A DNA stretch of 64,000 bases from Actinomycetota bacterium (GTDB lineage: Bacteria; Actinomycetota; UBA4738; HRBIN12), in the NCBI GenBank assembly GCA_036390995.1, contig DASWAT010000111.1:378-64377 (forward strand). The letters run 5' to 3'. Made by a program: the position numbers and the translations under genes. Position 1 is the first letter of the stretch, and each line of letters starts with the position of its first letter. This document shows positions 9,766 to 19,289 of the stretch, piece after piece. Under the pieces are notes generated by a model. It made no database searches. It had not been told where the DNA came from and saw nothing but the letters and a program-made list of their open reading frames with translations.

Positions 9766-11021
9766 CGGAACGCCTTCCTGTCGAAGGGTCCCAGCACGGC
9801 CAGGGCGAAGGGCTGCGACAGGATCCGCTTCGCCGCCCGCCGGGCGTCGTCGAGCGTGACGGCCTCGATGCGGGACAGGATCTGGTTCACGGTGAGGATC
9901 TCGCCGTGGGACAGTTCGGACTTGCCCAGACGCGACATCCGTCCGCTCGGGTCGTCGAGCGACAGGACCAGCGAGCCTTTGAGGTGCCCCTTCGCGCGTT
10001 CGAACTCCGCCTCGGTGAGCCCGCCGTCGCCCACGTCGTGCAGCTGGTCGCGCACGATCTCCAGGACCTGGTGCGCGCGGGCCGGCGTGGTCCCGGCGTA
10101 CGCGGCGAACAGCCCCGCTTCGACGTACATCGTGTGGTAGCTGTAGACGGAGTAGGCAAGGCCCCGGCGCTCGCGCACCTCCTGGAACAGGCGAGAGGAC
10201 ATCCCGCCGCCGATCGCATTGTTCACGACGCCGAACGCGAACCGATCGGGGTCGGCGCGGGAGACCCCGTTCGTGCCGATGCAGATGTGCGCCTGCTCGG
10301 TCTTCCGCCGCCGCACGACCACGTTGCCCGATGGCCTGGGGGCATCCCCGCCCTGCCGAAGGTTCCAGCCCCCCGGCCCCTCCCGGCGGATCGGACCGGT
10401 CTGCATCGAGCCCGAGATGCGCTCGAGGAGCTCCTCGTGCCGCAGGTTCCCGGCCGCCGAGACGACGAAGCTGGCCGGCACGTAGTGCCGTCCGTAGAAG
10501 CGCCGTACCTGCTCGCGGGAGGCGGCCGTGATGCTCTGGATCGTCCCCAGGATCGGGCGGCCGAGGGGGTGGTCGGGCCAGAGCGCCTCGTTCAGCAGGT
10601 CGTGGATGAGGTCGTCGGGGGTGTCCTCGTGCATGTGGATCTCCTCGAGGATCACCTGCCGCTCGGCCTCGAGGTCCTGCGCCCGGATCACCGAGTGCTG
10701 GAGCATGTCGCAGAGGTGCTCGACCGCCATCGGGAGATCCCGGTCGCGCACACGCGAGTAGAAGCACGTGTACTCCTTCGCGGTGAAGGCGTTCACGTCC
10801 CCCCCCACCGCGTCGAATGCCTCGGCGATGTCGCGGGCCGTCCGGGTCTTCGTCCCCTTGAAGAGCAGGTGCTCGAGGAAGTGCGAGGACCCGCTGATCC
10901 TCGGTGGCTCATCGCGCGATCCGGCCAGCACCCAGAAGCCGAGGGCCACCGAGCGGACGCCGGGCATCCGCTCGGTGACGACCCGAAGACCCGATTCGAA
11001 CTCGGTCCGACGGATCGGCAT
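9762..11021 (-). CDS. M16 family zinc peptidase (pitrilysin-like, PepR-like)
   Basis: Inverted zinc motif HFLEH near the N-terminus, 419 aa. It sits between pnp and dapB, as mycobacterial pepR does. Confidence 0.85.
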   Translation of the reverse strand: MPIRRTEFESGLRVVTERMPGVRSVALGFWVLAGSRDEPPRISGSSHFLEHLLFKGTKTRTARDIAEAFDAVGGDVNAFTAKEYTCFYSRVRDRDLPMAVEHLCDMLQHSVIRAQDLEAERQVILEEIHMHEDTPDDLIHDLLNEALWPDHPLGRPILGTIQSITAASREQVRRFYGRHYVPASFVVSAAGNLRHEELLERISGSMQTGPIRREGPGGWNLRQGGDAPRPSGNVVVRRRKTEQAHICIGTNGVSRADPDRFAFGVVNNAIGGGMSSRLFQEVRERRGLAYSVYSYHTMYVEAGLFAAYAGTTPARAHQVLEIVRDQLHDVGDGGLTEAEFERAKGHLKGSLVLSLDDPSGRMSRLGKSELSHGEILTVNQILSRIEAVTLDDARRAAKRILSQPFALAVLGPFDRKAFR

Positions 11022-11035
11022 GGACCGGACCCGGG

Positions 11036-13327
11036 CTAGGAGCGCTCCCGGCGCTCGCGGTCGCGCGGGCGGCGGTCGCGATCCCGGTCGCGGCCCCTGC
11101 CCCGGTCACCACGGTCGCCGTCGCGGTGCTCGCGGCGGGGCTGCTCCTCGACCTGCATGCCCTCCGGAACCTCCCACTCGGAGCCGATCGGCTTCAGGCT
11201 TATCTTGCCCATCTGGTCGATGTCCTGGATCTCGACCTCGATCGTGTCGCCTTCCCTCACGGCCTCCTCGACGCTGGACAGCCGCTTGCCGCGGCCGAGC
11301 TTCGAGATGTGCACGAGGCCGTCGCGCCCGGGCACGAGGTTCACGAAGGCGCCGAACGTGGTGGTCTTCACGACCTTGCCGGTGAACCGTTCGCCCACCG
11401 AGAGCGGCCGCGGGTTCGCGATCTCGTCGATCATCCTGGCAGCCTCGTCGGCCCCCTGGCCTTCCTTCGACCCGATGAACACGGTGCCGTCGTCCTGGAT
11501 GTCGATGTCGGCACCGGTCATGGCGATGATCTCGTTGATCCGCTTGCCCTTGGGCCCGATCACCTCGCCGATCTTGTCCACGGGGATCTGGATGGTGAGG
11601 ATCCGCGGAGCCTTCGGGTTCACCTCCTGCCGCGGCTCGGGGATCGTCCGAAGCATCGTCTCGAGGATGAACAGGCGGGCCTCGCGGGCTTGCTTCAGGG
11701 CCTGGGCGAGCGCCTCCGCCGGCAGCCCGGTGACCTTCATGTCGAGCTGGATCGCCGTGACCCAGTCACGCGTCCCGGCGACCTTGAAGTCCATGTCGCC
11801 GAGGGCGTCCTCGGCCCCGAGGATGTCGGTGAGCGTCACGTACCGATCGCCCTCGGCGATCATCCCCATCGCGATGCCGGCCACCGGCGCCTTGATCGGC
11901 ACACCGGCGTCCATGAGCGAGAGCGTGGAGGCGCACACGCTGGCCATCGACGTGGAGCCGTTCGAGGACAGCACGTCGGACACCAGCCGCAGCGCGTACG
12001 GGAACTCCTCCTCGGTCGGGATCACCGGCACGAGGGCCCGCTCGGCCAGCGCGCCGTGACCGATCTCGCGGCGCCGGGGACTTCCGATCCGGCCCGTCTC
12101 GCCGGTGGAGAACGGCGGGAAGTTGTAGTGGTGGATGTACCGCTTCGACTCCTCGGGGTCGAGGGTGTCGATCATCTGGGTCATCCGCAGCATGCCGAGC
12201 GTGGTGACGTTCAGGACCTGCGTTTCGCCCCGCTGGAAGATGGACGAGCCGTGCGCCCGTGGTACCACGGCGACCTCGCAGTAGAGCGGGCGGATCTCGT
12301 CGACCTTGCGGCCGTCGAGGCGGATGCCGTCGGAAAGGACGCGGGCCCGCATGATCTTCTTCTGCAGCTCCTTGAAGGCGGGGGAGATCTCCGAGGCGCG
12401 CTGCGCGAACGCCTCCTCACCCCACGTCTGCAGCAGGTGCGCCTTGAGATCGTCCTTCACCTGGTCCAGGGCGGCGCTGCGGTCCTGCTTGCCGGGCACG
12501 AGCGCCTCCTCGATGCGGGGGCGCCCGAAGGACTCGACGACCTGCCAGGTGTCCTGCGTGAACAGTGGCTTCGGCTCGAAGGGCTGTTGCTGCACCCCGA
12601 TCTGCGACAGGAACTCGTTCTGGAAGTCGATCATGTCGCCGATCGCGCGCTTCGCGGCCTCGAGGCCCTCGGCCACGACCTCCTCGGTCGGCGCGACCGA
12701 GGCTCCGCCGTCCGCGAGCAGCCCCCACGCTTCGTCGGGGGCTTCGCCTTCGATCATGAGGACGTCGATGCCGCCGGCGTCGTTGCGGCGCCCGGCCACG
12801 ACGACATCGAACGTGGCTTGCTCCAGGTCCTGGAACGTGGGGTTGATCCTCCACTCGCCGCCGATCAGGCCCATCCGGACCGCCCCCACGGGTCCGTCGA
12901 ACGGCAGTCCCGCGATCATCGTGGACAGGCTCGCCGCGTTGATACCCGGGATGTCGTACGGGTTGCCCATGTCGACGGACAGCACCGTGATCACGACCTG
13001 GACCTCGTCCCGGTACCCCTCCTTGAACGTCGGGCGCATGGGGCGATCGGTCAGCCGCGCGGTGAGGGTGGCGGTCTCGGACGGCCGGCCCTCGCGACGG
13101 AAGAACCCGCCGGGGATCTTGCCGGCCGCGTACATCCGCTCCTCGACGTCGACGGTGAGCGGGAAGAAGTCGATGCCCTCGCGGGGCGCCGAGGTGGTGG
13201 TGGTGGCGAGCACCTGGGTCTCGCCGTAGGTGAGGAGCACGGATCCGCTCGCCTGCATGGCGAGCTTGCCGTGCTCGAACGTCATCTCCTGGGAGCCGAC
13301 GGTCCTGCTGAGCTTGGTGATGGCCAC
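11036..13327 (-). CDS. pnp: polyribonucleotide nucleotidyltransferase (PNPase) with a C-terminal RD/RG-rich tail
   Basis: 763 aa with two RNase PH domains, KH (GKVIGPKGKRINEI) and S1 domains. Its GTG start is preceded by AAGGAGGAGAAGG. The C-terminus ends REHRDGDRGDRGRGRDRDRDRRPRDRERRERS. Confidence 0.9.
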   Translation of the reverse strand: MAITKLSRTVGSQEMTFEHGKLAMQASGSVLLTYGETQVLATTTTSAPREGIDFFPLTVDVEERMYAAGKIPGGFFRREGRPSETATLTARLTDRPMRPTFKEGYRDEVQVVITVLSVDMGNPYDIPGINAASLSTMIAGLPFDGPVGAVRMGLIGGEWRINPTFQDLEQATFDVVVAGRRNDAGGIDVLMIEGEAPDEAWGLLADGGASVAPTEEVVAEGLEAAKRAIGDMIDFQNEFLSQIGVQQQPFEPKPLFTQDTWQVVESFGRPRIEEALVPGKQDRSAALDQVKDDLKAHLLQTWGEEAFAQRASEISPAFKELQKKIMRARVLSDGIRLDGRKVDEIRPLYCEVAVVPRAHGSSIFQRGETQVLNVTTLGMLRMTQMIDTLDPEESKRYIHHYNFPPFSTGETGRIGSPRRREIGHGALAERALVPVIPTEEEFPYALRLVSDVLSSNGSTSMASVCASTLSLMDAGVPIKAPVAGIAMGMIAEGDRYVTLTDILGAEDALGDMDFKVAGTRDWVTAIQLDMKVTGLPAEALAQALKQAREARLFILETMLRTIPEPRQEVNPKAPRILTIQIPVDKIGEVIGPKGKRINEIIAMTGADIDIQDDGTVFIGSKEGQGADEAARMIDEIANPRPLSVGERFTGKVVKTTTFGAFVNLVPGRDGLVHISKLGRGKRLSSVEEAVREGDTIEVEIQDIDQMGKISLKPIGSEWEVPEGMQVEEQPRREHRDGDRGDRGRGRDRDRDRRPRDRERRERS

Positions 13328-13566
13328 TGGCCTTCTCCTCCTTGTGCGTCCCGCGCGCGGCGCGCACGGGATCCTCCGGTACGTCGTCTGGAGGTGGGGA
13401 GGCTCGGCCAGTTGTCAGTGGTGAACCACCGAGAGCGCGTGCTCCCTCGGGGGCTCGCTACTGAGAACCGACCCGATGCGCTCCCCTCCTCCGTCCGGCT
13501 CTCTTCCTTGGACATCCCTCCTTGCGGGGAACGGGCGGCGGGGCGCCCCCGGCCTACCGGCCCACC

Positions 13567-13836
13567 CTACCGCCGCAGTCCCAGGCGGGCGATGAGCTCG
13601 CGGTAGCGCTCGATGTCCTCGCGCTTCAGATACTCGAGGAGCCGGCGCCGGCGGCCGACCATCTGCAGCAACCCCCGTCGCGAGTGGTGGTCCTTCTTGT
13701 GGGCCTTGAGATGGTCGGTGAGGTCGCCGATGCGCTTGGTCAGCACCGCGATCTGCACCTCGGCCGAACCGGTGTCGCCCTCGCTCCGCCGGTACTCGGA
13801 GATGAGCTGGGTCTTCGCTTCCTTCGTGAATGCCAT
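13567..13836 (-). CDS. rpsO: 30S ribosomal protein S15
   Basis: 89 aa reading [36 protein letters not shown]. It is upstream of pnp, giving the canonical rpsO-pnp pair. Confidence 0.9.
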   Translation of the reverse strand: MAFTKEAKTQLISEYRRSEGDTGSAEVQIAVLTKRIGDLTDHLKAHKKDHHSRRGLLQMVGRRRRLLEYLKREDIERYRELIARLGLRR

Positions 13837-13903
13837 ATCCAGCGAAAAAGGCTACCAGACCGGTCCTTCGTTCAGCCTCCCAGGAGCGACAGAGCACGCG
13901 CTC

Positions 13904-15014
13904 CTACCCGCTCCGGAGCACAGGGTGTCCGTCGGACACGATGTACGCGGGCAGGAGCCTTGCCTCGAACCGGCCCTCCGGGGTCACCGTCACCTGCGCC
14001 ACGCCGGTGGTCGACCCCTCCTGCGACAGGTGCGGCCACACGAAGTTGCCGAGGCTGTAGAAGATCGGGCGGCCCTTGTAGGTCTGCAGCGGCTGCAGTC
14101 GGTGAGCGTGCCCACCGAAGATCACGTCCGCGCCGGCGTTGATCATCCGGTGGGCCTCCTCGACCTGGTACTCCCGCGGCTGCGTGTCGAGCTCGACGCC
14201 CCAGTGGATCATGACGACGACCAGGTCCGAGCGCGCGGCGGCGTTCCCGGATGGCCTCCAGCGCGAGCGAGAAGTCGTGACCCGCCGCCGTCCCCGGCTT
14301 GTCCGGCCCTGCAACTTCGTACTCCGGGTCGATCACCTCGTCGAGGCCCACCACCGCCACGCGCCAGCCCTTCACGTCGAAGATCGCCGGCCGCAGCGCC
14401 TGATCCTGGTTCGCCCCGGCCCCCACGGGGACCAGTCCCGCCTCGCGGATCTGCCGTAGCGAGTCCAGCAGGCCCTCCGGCCCTTGGTCGTAGGCGTGGT
14501 TGTTCGACTGGTTCGCCACGTCGACCCCGAACCGCTTCGCGACCGGCAGCGCCGCGGGATCGCACCGGAACACGAACTGCTTCGCGACCGGTGCGCTCAT
14601 GCCGGTGGCCGGGCACTCGAGGTTGACCACGGTGAGGTCGTCCCGGAGGAACAGGCCGCCCAGGCCCGACCACGCCCAGCCGTAGCCGTTGGAGCCGAAG
14701 ACGGGGATGTAGCCGGGATCCAAGCTCACGTCGCCGGTGCCGTGGATCACGAGGGTGCCCCTGGGCTCCGGGCTCGGACTCGGGCTCGGACCGGGGATCG
14801 GGTTCGAGGCGGAGCTCCGGGCGGCGGCGGTGCCCGGGCTCGAGGCCTGAGAGGCCTGCCCGGAGCTGGGCGTCAGGACCGCCGCGACCGTATCGGCCCG
14901 GCCGGCGCCGAGATCGGTCGCGCGCCAGGCCACCGCGCCGGCGACCACCAGGACCAGCGCGGCGAGGACCGGTCCGAAGGGCAGGCGCCACCGGCGGCGG
15001 TGACGGTGCGTCAC
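13904..15014 (-). pseudogene. CapA-family (PGA_cap metallophosphatase) membrane-anchored protein, interrupted by a single frameshift near 14235
   Basis: The N-terminal part (TM anchor MTHRHRRRWRLPFGPVLAALVLVV..., then NQSNNHAYDQG, SLALEAIRERRR) is in one frame. The C-terminal part (RSDLVVVMIHWGVE..., GGHAHRLQ, IFYSLGNFVW) is in the -1/+1 frame. The junction lies in the run cgccgccgcgcgc. It may be a true pseudogene or a sequencing indel. Confidence 0.55.
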
Positions 15015-15018
15015 CCGC

Positions 15019-15978
15019 CTATCCTCCCACGGGGGGCACGATCCCCCTCGTGCGACGCACGTCGTCCTCCATGGCCCGGATCAGGTCCTCGGTGGATCCG
15101 AACCGCTCCTCATCGCGCAGTCGCTCCCAGAACTCCACGGTGAGGTCCTGGCCCCGGAGGTCCCCGTCGCCGAAATCCAGGAGGTAGGCCTCCACGTGCA
15201 GCGGCTCCACGCCGAAGGTCGGGTTCGTGCCGACGCTCACGGCGGCCACGTACTCGCCCCGGGCGCTCCCGGCCCGTCCCGCGTAGATCCCGGTGCCGGG
15301 AAGCAACAGTCGGGGCGACGTGCGGAGGTTCGCCGTTGGGAAGCCGAGTCCGTGGCCGCGGCCCGCACCGCTCACCACGGTCCCGTCCACCGAGTACCGC
15401 CGGCCCAGGGCGCGCGTCGGCCACTCCAGATCCCCCGCCGAGAGCGCCTCCCGGATCGACGAGGAGGACAGCCGTCGTCCGTCGAGCTCGAAGGGCGCCA
15501 CCTCCTCCGCGGTGAAGCCGAGGGACGCTCCGAGCTCGTGGAGGGTCTGGAGGGTTCCCGCCGCCCGGTGTCCGAACGTGAAGTCGCCCCCCACCGCCAC
15601 GTGGACGGCGTGGAGCCCGTTCACCAGCACCGTGCGGACGAATGCCTCTGCCGTCCACCGCGAGAACGCCTCGGTGAATCCGAGGATCAGCAGCACGTCG
15701 GCCCCCGTGGCCGCGATCAGCTCCGCCTTGCGATCCACCGTGGTGAGGAGCCGGGGCTCCTTGCCCGGGGTGAGGATCTCCCGCGGATGGCGGTCGAAGG
15801 TGACGGCCACGGCCCGTGCCGAGCGCTCCCGCGCGGCCTGCACCGTCTGCTCGATCACGGCGCGATGGCCCAGGTGCACGCCGTCGAAGAAGCCGACGGT
15901 GACGACGGTGGGCCCGTCGTCGATGGGCAGCGAGGCGACGCCTCGGCGGATCTCCATGCCGCGCAGGGTATCGAACAA
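15019..15978 (-). CDS. ribF: bifunctional riboflavin kinase / FMN adenylyltransferase
   Basis: The N-terminal FAD synthetase region (GFFDGVHLGHRAVI) and the C-terminal riboflavin kinase region (GFPTANL..., VEAYLLDFGDGDLRGQDLTVEF) are both present. Confidence 0.9.
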   Translation of the reverse strand: MFDTLRGMEIRRGVASLPIDDGPTVVTVGFFDGVHLGHRAVIEQTVQAARERSARAVAVTFDRHPREILTPGKEPRLLTTVDRKAELIAATGADVLLILGFTEAFSRWTAEAFVRTVLVNGLHAVHVAVGGDFTFGHRAAGTLQTLHELGASLGFTAEEVAPFELDGRRLSSSSIREALSAGDLEWPTRALGRRYSVDGTVVSGAGRGHGLGFPTANLRTSPRLLLPGTGIYAGRAGSARGEYVAAVSVGTNPTFGVEPLHVEAYLLDFGDGDLRGQDLTVEFWERLRDEERFGSTEDLIRAMEDDVRRTRGIVPPVGG

Positions 15979-16020
15979 CGGCGGAGCGACGCGGGCCGCC
16001 GGAGGCTAGGCTTGTCCTCC

Positions 16021-16965
16021 ATGGGGAGCGGAGGGGGTCGGGGCCGCCGAGCGGCCGCCCTCATCGCCGTGGCCGCAGCACTTCTCGCGTCTGCGTGCTC
16101 CGGACCCGGGGGGCCGAACCCCTCGGCCCTCGAGGACGACGCCGTCACGGTCGCCTCGTTCAACTTCCCCGAGAGCGTCTTGCTGGCCGAGCTGTACGCG
16201 CAGGCGCTCGAGGCTCACGGGTTCCGGGTCGACCGCAAGCTCGACCTGGGCACCCGGGAGATCGTGGAGCCGGCGCTCGAGCGGGGGCTGGTCGAGCTCG
16301 TTCCCGAGTACGGCGGCAGCCTGCTGGAGTTCCTCGCCGGCCAGAACTCGGCGGGGCCCGACGCCGAGGACGTCCACCATCGCCTGGCCTCGGCGCTGCA
16401 AGGTCGGGGGATCGTGGCGCTCGACGCCGCACCGGCCCAGGACCAGAACGGCGTGGTCGTCACTCGCACGACGGCGGACCGGTACGGCGTTCGAACCATC
16501 TCGGACCTGGCCCCCATCGCCGACGGCCTCACGTTCGGCGGGCCGCCGGAGTGCCGGGTACGGCCGCTCTGTCTGCCTGGGCTCGCGTCGGCCTACGGTC
16601 TCACGTTCGCGAGCTTCGTCCCGCTGGACGAGGGCGGCCCCCTGACCATCGCGGCGCTCCAGGAAGAACACGTCCAGGTCGCTGTGATGTTCACGAGCGA
16701 CGGAGCCATCGAGGCCAACGACCTCGTCGTGCTCACGGACGACCGCCACCTGCAGCCCGCCGAGAACGTCACCCCCGTCGTCCGCCAGGAGACCCTGCAA
16801 CGCTTGGACCCGCAGCTCGCCGAGATCGTCAACTCGGTGTCGGCCCTCCTGACCACGCATGGTCTCCGGCAGCTGAACGCGGAGGTCTCGTCCGGGGACC
16901 GCACCGTGGGGGAGATCGCCGCGGACTGGCTGCGCTCGCACGGCCTGACGGGGCCGGTGGGGTAG
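16021..16965 (+). CDS. ABC-transporter substrate-binding lipoprotein, glycine betaine/choline (OpuAC/OsmF) type, orphan
   Basis: Lipoprotein signal LIAVAAALLASAC, followed by an OpuAC-type core (ASFNFPESVLLAELYAQALEAHGFRVDRKLDLGTREIVEPALERGLVELVPEYGGSL). No permease or ATPase genes occur within the window. Confidence 0.7.
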   Translation: MGSGGGRGRRAAALIAVAAALLASACSGPGGPNPSALEDDAVTVASFNFPESVLLAELYAQALEAHGFRVDRKLDLGTREIVEPALERGLVELVPEYGGSLLEFLAGQNSAGPDAEDVHHRLASALQGRGIVALDAAPAQDQNGVVVTRTTADRYGVRTISDLAPIADGLTFGGPPECRVRPLCLPGLASAYGLTFASFVPLDEGGPLTIAALQEEHVQVAVMFTSDGAIEANDLVVLTDDRHLQPAENVTPVVRQETLQRLDPQLAEIVNSVSALLTTHGLRQLNAEVSSGDRTVGEIAADWLRSHGLTGPVG

Positions 16966-16995
16966 CATCCGGAGGATCCGCAGTCGGGGGGACGG

Positions 16996-18696
16996 ATGAT
17001 CGGACCAGGGGACCTCTCCGCTCGACGCATCGCGGAGGAGCGCCGGCGACGGCTCCCCGGTGGTTCGGCCACCCGGCGGCGACGCCCCTCGGGCCAGCCA
17101 CCTCCCCTCCCGCACGTGCTCGGACCGAGCGGACGCTTCTGGATCGTGATGCTGGGCTTGTTCGTCGTCATCCTGGTCGGCCTCGGACTGTCCGAGTCGC
17201 TCGGCGGCATGCTCGAGCGCTGGGAGGCGCGGCAGCTTGCCGGGTTGGCCGAGCTGCGCACGGGTTGGCTGACGCAGGCCATGCTCGCTGTGAACCTCCT
17301 CGCCTCGCGGTGGACGATCCGGACCGTCAGATGGGGCACCATCCTCGCGCTGATCGCCGTCCGGCGGTGGCGACACCTCTTGCTCTTCCTGGGGAGCCTC
17401 TTCGCCGCCGAGCTCATCGCCTACCAGCTCTCGATCGGGATCACGCGTCCGCGGCCGCTCGGGGTCGTCATCCTGGCGCCCTGGAACGGATACTCGATGC
17501 CCTCGAGACCCGTCGCCGGCTTGGCGGCGACCGGGATCGGGATCGCGTACGCGCTCGTGGTGCCCGGCCGGCCCCGCGCCGTCGCGAAATGGACGACGGG
17601 CGTCGTGGTCGGCATGCTCGTGTTCGCCCGTCTGTATCTGGGCGTCGACCATCCCACCGACGACCTCTTCGGGATGATCATCGGGGTCTCGATCCCCCTC
17701 GTCGCGTTCCGGTGGTTCGCCCCGAACGACGTGTTCCCCGTCAGCTACCGCCGCGGCAAGGCGGCACACCTGGATGTCGGAGGGCGTCGAGGGCAGGCGA
17801 TCCGGGAAGCGGTGCGCGACCAGATCGGTCTCGAGGTGCTCGAGATCAAGCCTGTCGGCCTGGAGGGTTCCGGCGGGTCGACGCCGCTTCGCCTCAAGGT
17901 TGCGGCCACCGACGACGAGCCCGAGCGGTACCTGTTCGCCAAGCTCTACGCGAAGAACCACGTGCGCGCCGACCGTTGGTACAAGCTGGGGCGCTCCATC
18001 CTCTACGGTGCGCTCGAGGACGAGACGCCGTTCGGGACGGTCCGGCGGTTCGTCGAGTACGAGGACTACACCCTCCGGTTGCTGCGCGACGCCGGCATCC
18101 CGACCCCCGCGCCGTTCGGCATCGTCGAGATCACCCCCGAGCGCGAGTACATGATCCTCATGGAGTTCTTCGCCGGCGCCGTCGAGATCGGCGAGTCGGA
18201 GGTCGACGACGGTGTCATCTCCGACGGGTTGGCGGTGATCCGGGCGTTCTGGGACGCGGGACTCGCACACCGCGACATCAAGCCTGCCAACCTCATGGTC
18301 CGCGACGGCAAGGTCCTCGTGATCGACGTCTTCTTCGTGCAGGTGCGTCCCTCGCCGTGGCGCCAGGCGGTCGACCTGGCGAACATGATGCTGGTCCTGG
18401 CCGTGAAGACCGACGCCGAGCGCGTGTACCGGCGCGCCCTCGAGTACTTCACGCCGGAGGAGATCGCCGAAGCGTTCGCCGCCGCCCGCGGTGTGGCCAG
18501 CCCCACACAGCTCCGGTCGGTGTTGAAGAGCGACGGCCGCGATCTCGTGAACGAGTTCCGCGCGATGGCGCCGCCTCGCGCGCCGATCTCGATCCAGCGG
18601 TGGAGCCTCCGCCGGGTGGTCCTGACCTTCGAGGTGCTGATCGGCGCGTTGATCGTCCTCAGCCTGCTGGTGAGCAACTGGGCGGTGTTCGCATGA
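16996..18696 (+). CDS. membrane fusion protein: PAP2-like N-terminal domain plus protein-kinase-like (Kdo/WaaP/eSTK-like) C-terminal domain and a C-terminal TM helix
   Basis: The N-terminal half has about 6 TM helices with PAP2 motif 1 (SIGITRPRP) and motif 3 (ARLYLGVDHPTDD), but motif 2 reads PSRP instead of PSGH. The C-terminal half has a kinase-like beta3 region (YLFAKLYAKNH), a catalytic loop HRDIKPANLMV, and VIDVFFV in the DFG position. A final TM helix is present. Confidence 0.6.
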   Translation: MIGPGDLSARRIAEERRRRLPGGSATRRRRPSGQPPPLPHVLGPSGRFWIVMLGLFVVILVGLGLSESLGGMLERWEARQLAGLAELRTGWLTQAMLAVNLLASRWTIRTVRWGTILALIAVRRWRHLLLFLGSLFAAELIAYQLSIGITRPRPLGVVILAPWNGYSMPSRPVAGLAATGIGIAYALVVPGRPRAVAKWTTGVVVGMLVFARLYLGVDHPTDDLFGMIIGVSIPLVAFRWFAPNDVFPVSYRRGKAAHLDVGGRRGQAIREAVRDQIGLEVLEIKPVGLEGSGGSTPLRLKVAATDDEPERYLFAKLYAKNHVRADRWYKLGRSILYGALEDETPFGTVRRFVEYEDYTLRLLRDAGIPTPAPFGIVEITPEREYMILMEFFAGAVEIGESEVDDGVISDGLAVIRAFWDAGLAHRDIKPANLMVRDGKVLVIDVFFVQVRPSPWRQAVDLANMMLVLAVKTDAERVYRRALEYFTPEEIAEAFAAARGVASPTQLRSVLKSDGRDLVNEFRAMAPPRAPISIQRWSLRRVVLTFEVLIGALIVLSLLVSNWAVFA

Positions 18697-19277
18697 GGGG
18701 CGGCGGAGGCATGATCGGCCGCACACTGGTCGTCGGCGCGGTGGGGCTGACGATCGCCCTTCCCGCCTGCTCCACCGCGGGAAGCAGCGTCCCCTCGTGC
18801 GAGAGGGAGGGTAACGAGACGGTCCTGGCGGCCCAGGCGGTCCCATCGGCCACGCTCATCCCATGCGTGGATTCCCTCCCCGCAGGCTGGACGTTCGCCG
18901 GATCGCGCTCCACGAACGGCTTGGCCGAGTTCTGGCTCGACTCCGACCGGGCGGGGATCCGCGCGCTCTCCGTCACGTTGACGAGCACCTGCGACACCTC
19001 AAGGGCCGTCGAGATCACCGCGGCGGCCCCACGTCCGGGTGTCCGCATCTTCGAGGAGCCGCTCAGCCTGCCTCCGCACTTCCAGGCCGACCGTTTCGCC
19101 ACGTTCCCCGGCGGCTGCGTCACCTACCGGTTCAGGTTCACCACGGACGCGCCGGCGACCGTGGCCCTCGAGGTCGACCAGGGACTCGGCTTCGTCACCC
19201 GGGAGCGGGTGGCCGGCGCGGTGCGGCGGCTGGGACTGACGCTGTGCGGAGCCGGCGCCCCGCCCTGCCCCGGGTAG
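18693..19277 (+). CDS. secreted/lipoprotein, hypothetical (Cys-rich)
   Basis: The ATG overlaps the stop of the preceding gene (ATGA). It begins MRGGGGMIGRTLVVGAVGLTIALPAC, a signal with a lipobox-like Cys. About 194 aa with 8 Cys and no recognised domain. Confidence 0.5.
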   Translation: MRGGGGMIGRTLVVGAVGLTIALPACSTAGSSVPSCEREGNETVLAAQAVPSATLIPCVDSLPAGWTFAGSRSTNGLAEFWLDSDRAGIRALSVTLTSTCDTSRAVEITAAAPRPGVRIFEEPLSLPPHFQADRFATFPGGCVTYRFRFTTDAPATVALEVDQGLGFVTRERVAGAVRRLGLTLCGAGAPPCPG

Positions 19278-19289
19278 GCTGAGGGACCC

